64,000 nt of DNA from Candidatus Krumholzibacteriota bacterium. Its GTDB lineage: Bacteria; Krumholzibacteriota; Krumholzibacteriia; JAJRXK01. The position numbers and the translations under genes are program-made. The notes under the pieces are model-generated. The model made no database searches. It was not told the DNA's origin and saw only the letters and a program-made list of their open reading frames with translations. Shown piece after piece: positions 28,509 through 39,164 of this stretch; the stretch's first letter is position 1; each line of letters starts with the position of its first letter. The stretch is from assembly GCA_963806035.1 (NCBI GenBank), contig CAWDWO010000009.1, forward strand, positions 1 to 64,000, written 5' to 3'.

Positions 28509-31448
28509 TCAGGAGAGCTGCCCCCCGGGAGTCTCGCCCACCGGGTTCTGAGTGAAGCTGAGAACCGAAAGAGCGGCGGGTTGTCCGAGTTCTCGGATGG
28601 CCCACTCGTAGCGGGAATGCTGACAGGCCAAGAGCAGTACCTGTTGTTTGTCGGCAACGGTCGAGAGCAGCATCTTCAATCCGGCAATCAATCTTGCGTC
28701 GTCGGCGTGGGCGAAGGGGTCATCAAGAATCAGCGGCAGGGAACCCTCATCCCCGCTCAGAAGGTGGCTCACCGCCAAGCGCGCCGCGAGGTACACGCCG
28801 TCCCGGGCCCCCGCGCTGAGCTGCTGATCTACCTCGACCTTGGTCAAGAGCTTCTGCTCGTGCATCAATTCAAACTCGAGATTCTCGTTGAAGTGAATGT
28901 CGCGACTGCCCGTGCCCAGCCGCCCGAGGAGGACCTGGGCTTCCTGGTTGAGCTGGATTGCCCAGGCCGCGTAGGTTTCACGCGATATTTCGTTGAGCGC
29001 ATCGTGAGCCAGAGTCACCGCGTTCTTGAACTCTTGGGCGCGGCGCCGGGCCGCGCGCAGCTCTTCGAGCCGCGCATTCAGTGGCCCCACTTTCTCCTCG
29101 TAGTGGCGCAGAAATGCCCTGACCGTGGTGAGGGAGTCCTCGCGTCTCTGGGCTTCGAGCTGATCCTGCTCCGTGAGTTCACGCTCTCGATCCTCGAGTT
29201 TCTCGCGCAGCTCCCGGACGCTCAGCTCGGCGGGGAGAGTGATCTCCTGCGTCGACTCGATCGCGTGAACCGGCGCATCGTCCGCGTGAACCGGCGCATC
29301 GTCCGCGTGAGCCCTCAGCGCGGATTCGGCCTCTTGCACACTCTGCCGCAGCTCCGCCAGAGTCCCCTCGCCGGGGGTGCTCTCTTTGAGCTTGGGTAGG
29401 CTGAGGTTGCGCCGGGATCTCGCTTCTTCTGCCGCCCTCGTTTTCTCCTTCAACTTGCGCGCGCTCTGATGCGCGTCGTCTTCGTCGAGAAGCTCCACCA
29501 GGCAGCGTTCGAGGGCTTCCCGCGCCTGAGTCCGGCGCTCCTTCAGGGCCTGGTCCTTCTCCTCGGCAAGTTCGCGGCGACTCCGCGCATTGGCCTCCGC
29601 CACCTCCGCCGCCGCGGTGAGCTTCATCACTTCGCGCAGCTCATTCAGCTTCTGCTCGAGCTCGTCCGCCTTGGGTTTGCCTCCAAAGACTTCCCAAGCC
29701 TCGCTCACGCTCTTCAGCGTTTCTTCCTCTTGCTTTTCGCACTCGAGCTGGCGTTCGTCGATCCCCGCCAGAGTATCCAGGTTACGCTCAACCAGCCGCA
29801 GCGACTGATAGCGCGTGTAGAGCTCGTCGGTGGGAATGCCCAGACGATAGGCGAGATCCTGCCAGGCCAGTTCGTGCTCCTGGTTCCTCTCTTCGATTTC
29901 GTGCACTTTTTTACTGCCATCTGCCACTCGACCGGCGGCAACCGATTCCTCTTCCGCACGCATGCCCTTGGCGCTCACGAGGAAGTAGAGGCCCAGAGTG
30001 ATCACGGCCCCTGCCAGATAGGGGAGAAAGCTCGTGATCGAAGCGAAGCTCTGCGGAAGAAGGAGTCCGGTGGCGAGGAGTGCAGCACCCACCGCGGCGG
30101 TGACGCCTCCCCATCTTCTCCTTCGCATTCGCGCTGCACGGATTTCGTCGAGCTGCCGCTGCCACAGCGAAAGGTCCTGCCGTGAGTTTTCCCTCAGCTC
30201 GTCGATCTCGAGGTCCCTGCGGGTGTGACTCTGCAGGAGTTCACGGTCTTCCTCGGTGAGGTACTGCAGCGCCTCGAGCATGGTGCTGGCCTGATCGGGA
30301 TCGAAACCCTCTTCGCGGATCGCCTCGCGTTCCCGCTGTGCCCGCTCTTCCAGGCGCTCCCGATCCTTGCGAATGTCTTTCAGACGAGCGCTGGCGTTCG
30401 AGAACGCCTCGACATCTTCCGCGCGGGGCAGGCGCTTCAGGCCAAGTTCATCACGAGCACGCTGTTTTTCGCCGCATTCGGCTTCGGCCTCGCGCGCGTC
30501 CTTGGAGTAGGATTCCGCGGTTCGCTGGGCCCCCTGCCAGCGGTTACACGCCGTTTCCGCCTCCTGAAAGCTCTCCGGGCTCAGCGCGGCGAGTTCCGCC
30601 TCCTCCTCTACTTTGCGCTGCAACTCCGCCAGCTCTTCCCGCCGCTGCTCGAGCGCGGCGAGCTCCTCCTCGAGCTCGCGCAATCGCAGACGCAGGCGCG
30701 CTCTCTCGATCGCTCCGCGCAGGGCCTGTCGCTCCTGCTTGCGTGACTCGCTCTTTCGCAGCGCTTCGATGCGATCGCTCAGGGCTTGGCGTTGCTCATG
30801 AAGCTCGCCGAGCTCGTTCTCGATGTCCGCGATATCCTTGTCACAGCGCGCGATCTCCGTTTCGACCTTGCCCTTGCCGGCCAGAGTGGTGCCCTCGTAT
30901 TCGGCCAGGCCCTTTTCCAGGGCGCGCAGCGCGGCGGCCGCCGTCGATTCGAGCGATTGCGAATCGGCCATGCGCTGAATGGCCTCGCTCAGGCCCGAGG
31001 CATCCCCCCAGCCGACTTCGCCCTGGCGGATGAACGCACTGTGCAGAAAGTGTTCGCGGGAGATTCCGAGCAGCAGCTCGCCGACCTGCACGTGTTTTCC
31101 GCTGCGAAAGCGGTCGCTGATGTTCTCGCCCGCCGCGAGCACGCGCACCGAATCCTCGCGGAAATCCCGCTCGATGGTGAGTTCCTCCGCGCCGTGCCGC
31201 AGGCGCAGCACCAGGCCGTAGGGCCCTCCGTCCCAGGGACGGTAGACCTCCCACTCACTCAGCTTGCCCTTGGCGCGCCGCCTGTCCTTGTTCAGACCGT
31301 AGAGCGCGGCGAGAATTGCCTCCATCAGCGTGGTCTTGCCCGCCTCGTTGCGCTCGAGCAAAAGACCGAGCTTGCCCGCGCCGGGATCGAGGGAGTACTC
31401 CCCGCGGAGTTGGCCGAATCCCTTGATGCTCAGCTGCAGAATGCGCAT
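28509..31448 (-). CDS. Rad50/SbcC-like coiled-coil ATPase (YhaN/AAA_27-like) with a central two-TM hairpin
   Basis: Walker A 'NEAGKTT', long coiled coil, signature 'LSAGARD', Walker B 'LILDDPF'. Confidence 0.9.
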   Translation of the reverse strand: MRILQLSIKGFGQLRGEYSLDPGAGKLGLLLERNEAGKTTLMEAILAALYGLNKDRRRAKGKLSEWEVYRPWDGGPYGLVLRLRHGAEELTIERDFREDSVRVLAAGENISDRFRSGKHVQVGELLLGISREHFLHSAFIRQGEVGWGDASGLSEAIQRMADSQSLESTAAAALRALEKGLAEYEGTTLAGKGKVETEIARCDKDIADIENELGELHEQRQALSDRIEALRKSESRKQERQALRGAIERARLRLRLRELEEELAALEQRREELAELQRKVEEEAELAALSPESFQEAETACNRWQGAQRTAESYSKDAREAEAECGEKQRARDELGLKRLPRAEDVEAFSNASARLKDIRKDRERLEERAQREREAIREEGFDPDQASTMLEALQYLTEEDRELLQSHTRRDLEIDELRENSRQDLSLWQRQLDEIRAARMRRRRWGGVTAAVGAALLATGLLLPQSFASITSFLPYLAGAVITLGLYFLVSAKGMRAEEESVAAGRVADGSKKVHEIEERNQEHELAWQDLAYRLGIPTDELYTRYQSLRLVERNLDTLAGIDERQLECEKQEEETLKSVSEAWEVFGGKPKADELEQKLNELREVMKLTAAAEVAEANARSRRELAEEKDQALKERRTQAREALERCLVELLDEDDAHQSARKLKEKTRAAEEARSRRNLSLPKLKESTPGEGTLAELRQSVQEAESALRAHADDAPVHADDAPVHAIESTQEITLPAELSVRELREKLEDRERELTEQDQLEAQRREDSLTTVRAFLRHYEEKVGPLNARLEELRAARRRAQEFKNAVTLAHDALNEISRETYAAWAIQLNQEAQVLLGRLGTGSRDIHFNENLEFELMHEQKLLTKVEVDQQLSAGARDGVYLAARLAVSHLLSGDEGSLPLILDDPFAHADDARLIAGLKMLLSTVADKQQVLLLACQHSRYEWAIRELGQPAALSVLSFTQNPVGETPGGQLS
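29262..29310 (-). repeat. 2.3 x 21-bp exact in-frame repeat (HADDAPV)
   Basis: cgcgtgaaccggcgcatcgtc twice, then cgcgtga. Confidence 0.9.
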
Positions 31449-32644
31449 TAGGCCTCGTAGTGGCTGTCCAAACGCCCCGTGGAAAGAGCATCCAGGCCGT
31501 AGAGCAGCGCGCGACGCACGGTCTCGGCCTCCTCCCCCTCGCTCTCCTTCAGCCGCTGGCGCAACTGCGCCACGAAGCGCTCCTCGGTGGTGCGAGCTTC
31601 GCTGAGCGGAGGATAGCGGTCCAGATCGACGTCCGGCGTGAGATGAGAGAGGTCGCTCACGAAGTGGAAATAGCGCGAGGCGATCTCTTCGAGAAAGCCG
31701 AGTTCGAGTCCTCGCGCGCGCCGCCCCGAGAGTTTGAGGTACACCAGGTCCTGCTCACGCGCGCCGCTCTGTCCCAGAGCTTCTTCCACTCTGGCCTGCG
31801 CGGCGTCCATGTACCTACAGGACGAGAGTTCGCAGTCGACCACGCGAAGCTCTCGAGGATCCAGCGGTACGAACTCCGGATGGGGGCCGGATTCGTCGAG
31901 TTCCACCACGAGCGCGCCCTTCTGGCCGAGTTCGTCCAGGCCCGCGGCCAGGAGGCTGCCGCTGTAGGCTCCGATCGCTACGCCGCTCGCACCGTGAAGA
32001 ACTTGGTGCTGGTGGTAGTGCCCCAGGGCGGTCCAGGCAAAACCCTGCGCGCGCAGTTCATCCTCGCTGAAGGGGTAGGTCGCCTTCTGGCTCTGCAGAT
32101 AGCCGCCGTCGTCACGGCTGCCGTGGAAAAGAAGGATCGGAATTTCACTCCGCGGCCGCTCGACGGGACTCGCCAATCGGCGCAGGCTGCTCGGCAGATT
32201 CGCCGCCACTCCACAGGCGGTGACCGAAATTTCCGGCCGCTGGGGCCACGGCACGCTGCGAAAATCCTCGTGCGCGAAGAGCTGTACGTTCTCCGGCCAG
32301 CGGAAGTCGCGCGTCCCCTCGCCCTGTTCCTGGCGGTACGGGGAGACCCCTCCGTAGGCGTCGTGGTTGCCGGGGGCCAAAAAGACCGGTTTGGGAGCAA
32401 TCGAAGCCAGAGTTTCGGCCACGAAGCGCAGGGTGTCGCTCTTGACCAGTTCGTCGTCGAAGAGGTCGCCGGGAATCAGGACACCGTCCAGATTCCGTTC
32501 CTTTACCAGCGCAAAGGCGGCGCGGAAGGCCTCGCGCCGCTCGCGTTCGCGCTGGGAGGCCCTGCGCGAATCCAGGCGCAGCTTGCCGGCGCGAAGAGGG
32601 GCGTCGAAATGAACGTCGGAGAGTTGCAGGAATCTCAAACTCAC
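31448..32644 (-). CDS. Mre11/SbcD-like metallophosphoesterase nuclease (YhaO-like)
   Basis: 'SDVH', 'GDLFD', 'GNHD', 'FHGS', 'ALGHYH'; stop overlaps the ATPase start (TAATG). Confidence 0.92.
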   Translation of the reverse strand: MSLRFLQLSDVHFDAPLRAGKLRLDSRRASQRERERREAFRAAFALVKERNLDGVLIPGDLFDDELVKSDTLRFVAETLASIAPKPVFLAPGNHDAYGGVSPYRQEQGEGTRDFRWPENVQLFAHEDFRSVPWPQRPEISVTACGVAANLPSSLRRLASPVERPRSEIPILLFHGSRDDGGYLQSQKATYPFSEDELRAQGFAWTALGHYHQHQVLHGASGVAIGAYSGSLLAAGLDELGQKGALVVELDESGPHPEFVPLDPRELRVVDCELSSCRYMDAAQARVEEALGQSGAREQDLVYLKLSGRRARGLELGFLEEIASRYFHFVSDLSHLTPDVDLDRYPPLSEARTTEERFVAQLRQRLKESEGEEAETVRRALLYGLDALSTGRLDSHYEA

Positions 32645-32722
32645 GGCGAAGGGCCTTTCGAAACGAAACCCGGCGACCGTGAGTACGGCCGCCGGATTCT
32701 CAGGGGCTTCCGTCTTCCCCCG

Positions 32723-34126
32723 TCAACGCGTTCGCATCTGTTGTCTGGAGAAATAGTCCTTCGTCAGCCTGACTAAAACTCCCGAGAGTGCGAACACGCC
32801 AATCAAATTGGGCAACGACATGAGCCCGAGCGTGATGTCCGCGAAATTCCAGACCAGCTCGAGGGACCAGATCGCACCCAGGAACTGAAAGACCACGAAA
32901 ACCCAACGATAGATGGGCCGGGCCTGTGCGCCCCAAAGGTAATCAACGGCTCGATCACCATAGTAGGACCAAGTCACCGATGTAGAAAAAGCATAAAATG
33001 GAATCGAGAGAGTAACAATGTATTTTCCGTATTCCCCGAGCAGCGGATGAAGTCCTTTGGTGAATGCCCACGAGGTGAGAACTGCCCCATTGAGCGCTTC
33101 GCCCGTCACCGGATCCACTGCTTCGCGCCATGAGTTCGTGAGAATGATCACGAGTCCCGTCATGGTGCAGATGACGAGGGTATCGATGAAGGGCCCCGCC
33201 ATCGCCACCAGCCCCTCGCGCACCGGTTCCTTCGTCTTGGCCGCGGCATGCGCGATGGGCGCGCTTCCCTGACCCGCTTCGTTGGAGAACAGCCCCCGCT
33301 TGATTCCCCATTGCAGGGTGATCGCCACGGTAGCGCCGACGAATCCGCCGGCGGCCGCGGTGGGATGGAAGGCCTCGTAGACGATGAGACGCAAGGAGGG
33401 CAGGATCTCGTGGTAGTTGAGCGCCAGCAGGGTCACGGCGCCCCCCACGTAAAACACCGACATGAAGGGCACGAGACGGCTCGCGACCTGACCGATGCGC
33501 TTGATGCCGCCCACGATGACCAGGGCGAGCAGCGCGGCCAGAACCACTCCGGTGATCCAGGTGGGCACGCCCAGATCGGCCTGGAGATTGCCCGCGACAG
33601 TATTGCTCTGGACGATGTTGGCCGAGCCCATGCTGGCCACCACGGTCAAAAACGCGAAGCTGACCGCCATCCACTTCCAGCGCGGTCCCAGGCCCTTTTC
33701 GATGAAGTACATCGCCCCGCCCGCCGCCGAGCCGTCGGGCTGGATATCGCGAAAGTGATGGGACAGGGTGCACTCGGCGTACTTGGTGGCCATGCCCACG
33801 AAGGCGGAGACCCACATCCAGAACAGTGCGCCGGGTCCTCCGATGTGCATGGCGGTGGCGACGCCAGCGATGTTCCCGATCCCGATGGTCGCGCTGAGTG
33901 CCGCGGAGAGCGCCTGGAAGTGGTTGATGTCCCCCTCATCCTCGGGGTTGTCGTACTTGCCACGAATGATGTTGAAGGCATGCTTGAAATGGCGCAACTG
34001 AATGAAGCGCGACAATAGGGTGAGGTAGATGCCTCCCCCCAGAATGAGGATGATCAGCGGAAGTCCCCACAAGAAGTTCGAGATGCTCTTCAGAATGATG
34101 GTGATTTCTTGGAGCATGCGGGACAA
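32723..34126 (-). CDS. Alanine/glycine:cation symporter (AGCS/AlsT family)
   Basis: 'ATIGIGNIAGVATA..GGPGALFWMW', 'GLFSNEAGQGSAPIAHAAA', 'PFIDTLVICTMT'. Confidence 0.95.
   Translation of the reverse strand: MSRMLQEITIILKSISNFLWGLPLIILILGGGIYLTLLSRFIQLRHFKHAFNIIRGKYDNPEDEGDINHFQALSAALSATIGIGNIAGVATAMHIGGPGALFWMWVSAFVGMATKYAECTLSHHFRDIQPDGSAAGGAMYFIEKGLGPRWKWMAVSFAFLTVVASMGSANIVQSNTVAGNLQADLGVPTWITGVVLAALLALVIVGGIKRIGQVASRLVPFMSVFYVGGAVTLLALNYHEILPSLRLIVYEAFHPTAAAGGFVGATVAITLQWGIKRGLFSNEAGQGSAPIAHAAAKTKEPVREGLVAMAGPFIDTLVICTMTGLVIILTNSWREAVDPVTGEALNGAVLTSWAFTKGLHPLLGEYGKYIVTLSIPFYAFSTSVTWSYYGDRAVDYLWGAQARPIYRWVFVVFQFLGAIWSLELVWNFADITLGLMSLPNLIGVFALSGVLVRLTKDYFSRQQMRTR
32990..33018 (-). promoter_or_regulatory. 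Putative intragenic sigma70 promoter upstream of the Mre11/Rad50-like pair
   Basis: Minus strand TTGTTA-N17-TATGCT within an AT-rich patch (53/120 GC over 32941-33060). Confidence 0.4.
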
Positions 34127-34229
34127 GCGGGGCGTGTTCGGGGAAATCCGCGCGCTTTCGCGAAACGCTCAGGAAAAGTAACCCGCCCACTCGCGAGGGG
34201 TCAAGCGTTCCCGGTGCGAGGGCGGGCCT

Positions 34230-36532
34230 TCACAGCCGAATCGCGTAGCTCAGTTTCACGGTGAGATCGCCGCGGCGCGGGGCGAAATTCTGTTCGTTGT
34301 CGGTCCGTTCATCGGTGAACACCAGGTAGAAATCGCTCTCGTCGCCAAAGAGATAGTGTAGACGCGCCTGGCTCAGAACTGCGTTCGAAGCGCTGTTCCA
34401 TTGCGAAAACAGCGCCAGGCTGAGCGAATTCGAGAAGTCCAGCGCGAGCCGCGCACGCACGATCTTGGCGCGAAAACGCTGCTCGACGCCGCTCGGAAGA
34501 TCGTCGCGGTGCAAGCGGTGGCTCTCCCCCTGAAGCGAGAGTGCCAGATGAGGCGCGAGCCTTCCCGTTGCCTCCGCGCTCAGACTGTTGAGGGTGCCGT
34601 CGAAGTAGTCCCCCAGTTCGCCTTCGGCCTTCAGAGCAAAGGGAAGCGAGGGATTGGAGCCGAGGCTGAATCCCACCCGGTGGAAGTGATAGTCCCCCTG
34701 GGGAAAGGCGACCTCGCCCAGGGGAAATTCCTCGAAGAGCCGCTCGAAGGAGTCGCTGAGGTAGAGCGAGAGGACCTGATCGTCGCGGCCGATGAGGTTG
34801 CCCTGCAGCCACAGGTTGCGTGAGGAGAAGGTGCCGTCCCGCCGATCGATCCACTCGCCGTACACGAAGGTCTCGGCGCTGCGCAACAGTCCCCAGTTGG
34901 GTTCGGGCGTCCACCCCAGCTCGGTGATGTGGCGCTCGATGTCCCGGCGCGGCAAAAATCCCACCCTTGGCGAGTAGTCGCGCCCGTAGACCTCGTAAAT
35001 GTAGTTTCCGTAGTACAGAGGGCGACTGTAACGGACCCGCGCGCCCCAGCTGCCATGATCGGGGCCCGCGCGGGGTTGATCGGAGAAGGCCTGCGGATCG
35101 TTGAAGAGCCCCTCTTTGCTCTCGTTGCTGAAGGAGCCATAGGCGGCGATGTCCAGGTCTTCGCCGGGCCTCAGGTCACAGTCCAGCCCGAAGACGCGGT
35201 TGTAGATGCTTCCCCCCTGGGCCGCTCGGGAGACGAAAATCCCCCCCACTCGATTGCGCTGCCCGATGTCCCGGCTCACTCGCGCCACGTCGAAACGATA
35301 GTCCGGCGACTCCGCGCGCCCTTTGGACTTCAGATCGAGAAATCCCAGATCGGTTCGGCCCAGCTTTCCCGTGAGACGGGTACCGTACTCGATGGGAACC
35401 GTCTCGAAATTCGGGTTGAGACCGATACGACGGCTGAAAAAAGCGCGGTTGTCCGGCGAGCCGAAGGAAAAGTAGTCGCGGTTCTCCAGGAAGAACTCGC
35501 GCTTTTCCGGGTAGTAGAGGGGAAAGCGGGTGAGATTCACCTGCTCGTCGTCGACCTCGACCTGCGCGAAATCGGTGTTCACGGTGACGTCGAGGGTCAG
35601 ATTGGAGGAGAGTCCCAGCTTGAGGTCGTAGCCCACCGCTCCATCGGTCGACCAGTCGTCATGGCTGAAGGCCGAGGGGTCGCCGGCGTCCCCGCGCGCG
35701 AGTGACCCCAACACGTAGGGGCGCAGCAGGATGTTGCTTCCCGGCGCGATGTCCGTTAGCCCCTGAAGGACGCCGGCCTGACTCACGCGCATGATGTCGA
35801 AATGCCGCCCGATGGGGGCCCACATGCTCTGTTCGTTGCCCAGGCGGCGCTGCCGTTCGAAATTGATTCCCATGCTGAGAGTACTTGCCGAGGAAAAACG
35901 CAGGGTCCGCCACGGGATCTCGATTTCTCCCTGCCAGCCCTCGTCGGTCAGACGGCACGCCGCGCTCCACACTCCATCCCAGTCGACGTTGAATTGATCG
36001 CTCGCCCCCTCGGCGCGAAAGAGCGCGTCACGACGCATTCCGTTGGGATTCACCTGGAAGAAGAAACCGTTCTGCAGGTCGTGGTAGGTATCCAAGACCA
36101 CCGTGAAGTCAGTCGTCGGCCGAAATGTCCGCGTCGCGCCCGAGGACGCGATGGACGATCTCCTGCGGATGATCGTCGAAACAGACGAAACCCAGATAGA
36201 GCGCGCGAGTGGTGTAGACGATCGCCACCCTCGTGGGCTGGCTCGCGGGCTCTCCGCTCTGCGGGCGTTGCTGCACGAAACCGCTCGCGACCGCAGCCTC
36301 TTTCCAGAGCGGTTCATCCAGGATTCCGTCGATTCTGGGCGCATCGCTGACGCGCACCGCGCGCAGGGGAGCGCACGGCCAGAAGCTCGCTCTCCGGCGA
36401 ACTCATCGCGCGCTCTGGGTCCTTGGCCAGGGAATCGCAGCTGAAGAGGCAAGAGTAGAGCGCGAGGAGCAAGAGCAGAAACGGCCCACGCGCTTGGGAG
36501 AGCTTCTTCAAGCGAGAAAGAACGAACGTCAT
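34230..36532 (-). pseudogene. DUF5916/CBM9-like outer membrane protein gene with two +1 frameshifts (or sequencing errors)
   Basis: Three frames join into one protein: signal peptide (36532-36370), then 'LRAVRVSDAPRIDGILDEPLW..RDADISADD' (to ~36112), then 'DFTVVLDTYHD..VNTDFAQVEVD..PEKREFFLE'. Removing 2 nt gives 2301 nt, a multiple of 3. Confidence 0.8.
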
Positions 36533-36549
36533 CAAGACCCCTCGGCCGC

Positions 36550-38946
36550 CTACTTGAACCCTGGGGGCACGGGAAGGCTGGGATCCAGCTCGCGGGCCTT
36601 CAAGATGGCCTGGCGCGCCTCCTCCTTCTTGCCCTGCATGGCCAGGATGGCTCCGAGCTGGAGTCTCGAGGTGCCGTCGTTCGGTAACTGCTTCACCACC
36701 TGACGCGCCAGCTTTTCCGCCTCGGCGAGCCGGCCCATCTGGGCGTAGATCGCGGCGAGCTGGCTTCGTGCGTCCACCATTGTCGGATCCAGCTCGAGCA
36801 CCTTCTCGAATGCCTCGGCTCCGGCGGCCATGTTTCCCGCCATGAGATTCGCCATCCCGAGATTGCCCCAGATTTCCGGATCATTCAACTTTGGAGCGGC
36901 CTCTTGCAGAAGTTTCAGCCCCTCCTGCACCTTGCCCGCCTTCAGGGCGGCGCTGCCGAGCTGCCCCTTCGATTCGGGAGTGGAGAGCATGTCGTGCTGC
37001 TTCAAGAGCTCCTGGGCCTGCTGTTCCTGGCCCGTTTGGATGAGCAGGCCGCTCAGGGTCTGCAGCGCGTCCGTCAGCTCGGGGTTCAGTTGCAGCGCTC
37101 TCTCCAAGTTTTCGCGCGCCGGCGCCATCTTGCCCTGATCCTTGAGCATCGCACCCTTGAAGTAGTAGAGATCGGCCAGGCGGGGATTCATGGTCAGAGC
37201 TTTGTCGATCGCGGCCTCTGCCTCATCGTCGCGGCCGGCCTTGTGCAGGGCGAAACCGCGCGCGCCCACCAGAAAGGGCGATTCCGGATGCTGTTTCAGC
37301 GCGAGGTCGAAGGTCTGCAGGACCTTTTGGTTGTCGTGCTTGGCCGCGTAGACCATGGCCAGGTTCTGATAGTTCTGCTCGTTCTCGGGATCCTTTTGGA
37401 CGAGCTCTTGATAAATTTCTCGTGCCTCATCCAGACGCCCGGTCTTCGCATAGGTCAAGGCGAGGTTGCTGAGCGCCTTCAGGTTCTCGGGGTCGTCCTT
37501 GAGCACGTCCTTCAGGGTCGCGATTGCCTCGTCGTACTTCCCCTGGTTGCACAGGACGATGGACATGTTGATCGCCTGCTCGACGTTGGGCGCGACCACG
37601 TCGCTCCCGTGCGAGTCATCCTTGCCGCCCTTGATGTAACCCAGGGAGCGCAACATATCTTCCATCTTCTCCCCGACTGCCGGATCGACCACGATATCGT
37701 CTCCCCGATCCCAAGGACCGGTTTCGTAGGTGGCGATCGTTTGGTCGGGATGTGCCTTCTGGTATTCCTCGGTGAAGGCCTCCTTCAACACCCGGCCCTT
37801 CATGTCCTGAGCCACCGGTAAACCGAGAAGATGCAGGACCGTCGGCGCCACGTCGTAGATGTCCGCGCCCTTGATGTCGTCTCCCGGACGGATGCCCGGT
37901 CCATTGAGCAGAACGATGCCGTCGGGCATGTGGCTCTGGTCCGCGGTGTCGATGTTGAATTCCTTTTCCTTCAGACGCTCGGGTCCGGTGCGGAATCCAT
38001 GGTCGGAGATGATCATGACCACCGTGTTCTTCCCGCGATGCTGCAGGAGCTCACCCAGGAGCTGATCCTGCCATTTCCAGTAGGCCTCGAGAGTACCGCT
38101 GTAACGCTTGTAATCTTCGTCGCTGACCCAGGACAGCCGTGGCGGCGCATATTCGCTGAAGAGATGTTCGGTAGCGTCGGTCCCTTCGTAATAGATCGCG
38201 AAGAACTTCGGGTGGTCCTTCTCCAGCAATTCGGAAGCAATCTTCGTGTAGCCCAAACTGGTGGCGATGTTTTCTCTGAGGTGTTGGATCGGACCTCCGT
38301 AGGGTCCGCTCGGTGTCTGATTTTCGAGTTCGCTCTTGCTGCAGTTGATCATCGACAGCATCAGGTCCGAGGAGACCTCTTCGGGCTTGATGAAGTCGCG
38401 CCGCACATCGTCCATGAGCTGGGGGGGCCAAGTCTTTCCCGGCACGTCCAGGTTGGTTCCGGTGACCCCGAAGGAGTGGAACGCGACGTAGTCGCTGATC
38501 ATGAAGCCCTTCACCGGCTCGACGGGCCAGGTCGCCCACCAGCCGATGACGCCGACGGATATGCCGTGCTCGCTGGCGATGTTCCACAGGGCGCGCACCC
38601 AACGGTTGCGGCTGCTGACCGGGATCTTCGAGCCATCGGGTCCGTCGCTCATGAACCAGGTAACGCCGTGTTGATCGGCGGTCTTCCCCGTCGCAATGCT
38701 CGTCCAGAGGATGGGAGAGAGCATCGGATTATCGGTCTGGAGCCGGCCCCAAGCACCTTCGCTGCGCAAGCGGCTCAGGTTGGGCATCTCACCCTTGGCC
38801 ATGTAGGGCTCGAGAATGTCCCAGTCGGCGCCGTCGAAGCCGATGATCCAGAGTTCCGGTTCGCTGCGTGAGGAACAGCCGGTAAAGGTTCCTTGCGAAA
38901 CGAGCAGCAGGAGGGAGAACGCGAGCAGCAGTCTTTTGATTGTCAT
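36550..38946 (-). CDS. Alkaline phosphatase superfamily (phosphodiesterase/sulfatase-like) lipoprotein with C-terminal TPR array
   Basis: Lipobox FTGC; 'IGFDGADW', 'SPILWTSIATG', 'ISDHGF', 'LRSLGYI'; multiple TPR helices. Confidence 0.88.
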   Translation of the reverse strand: MTIKRLLLAFSLLLLVSQGTFTGCSSRSEPELWIIGFDGADWDILEPYMAKGEMPNLSRLRSEGAWGRLQTDNPMLSPILWTSIATGKTADQHGVTWFMSDGPDGSKIPVSSRNRWVRALWNIASEHGISVGVIGWWATWPVEPVKGFMISDYVAFHSFGVTGTNLDVPGKTWPPQLMDDVRRDFIKPEEVSSDLMLSMINCSKSELENQTPSGPYGGPIQHLRENIATSLGYTKIASELLEKDHPKFFAIYYEGTDATEHLFSEYAPPRLSWVSDEDYKRYSGTLEAYWKWQDQLLGELLQHRGKNTVVMIISDHGFRTGPERLKEKEFNIDTADQSHMPDGIVLLNGPGIRPGDDIKGADIYDVAPTVLHLLGLPVAQDMKGRVLKEAFTEEYQKAHPDQTIATYETGPWDRGDDIVVDPAVGEKMEDMLRSLGYIKGGKDDSHGSDVVAPNVEQAINMSIVLCNQGKYDEAIATLKDVLKDDPENLKALSNLALTYAKTGRLDEAREIYQELVQKDPENEQNYQNLAMVYAAKHDNQKVLQTFDLALKQHPESPFLVGARGFALHKAGRDDEAEAAIDKALTMNPRLADLYYFKGAMLKDQGKMAPARENLERALQLNPELTDALQTLSGLLIQTGQEQQAQELLKQHDMLSTPESKGQLGSAALKAGKVQEGLKLLQEAAPKLNDPEIWGNLGMANLMAGNMAAGAEAFEKVLELDPTMVDARSQLAAIYAQMGRLAEAEKLARQVVKQLPNDGTSRLQLGAILAMQGKKEEARQAILKARELDPSLPVPPGFK

Positions 38947-39164
38947 GATCACGAGAAGGAAGGAAGGAGAGCCGAGTTGGCCGCGAGCCGAGAATTCGAG
39001 CCCGGCCTGCTCGGCTAGAGAATAGCACAGCTGGATCTCATCCGCACACCTAAGCTCTTTTCCAAAAAGCCCTTAGCGCCAGAGGCCCCTCTTCGTATAC
39101 CCTTGAGAAGAAGGGCGGTGCCCATTCTGGATCGAATTGCCTGCATTTGAACTGAGGACCTTCG

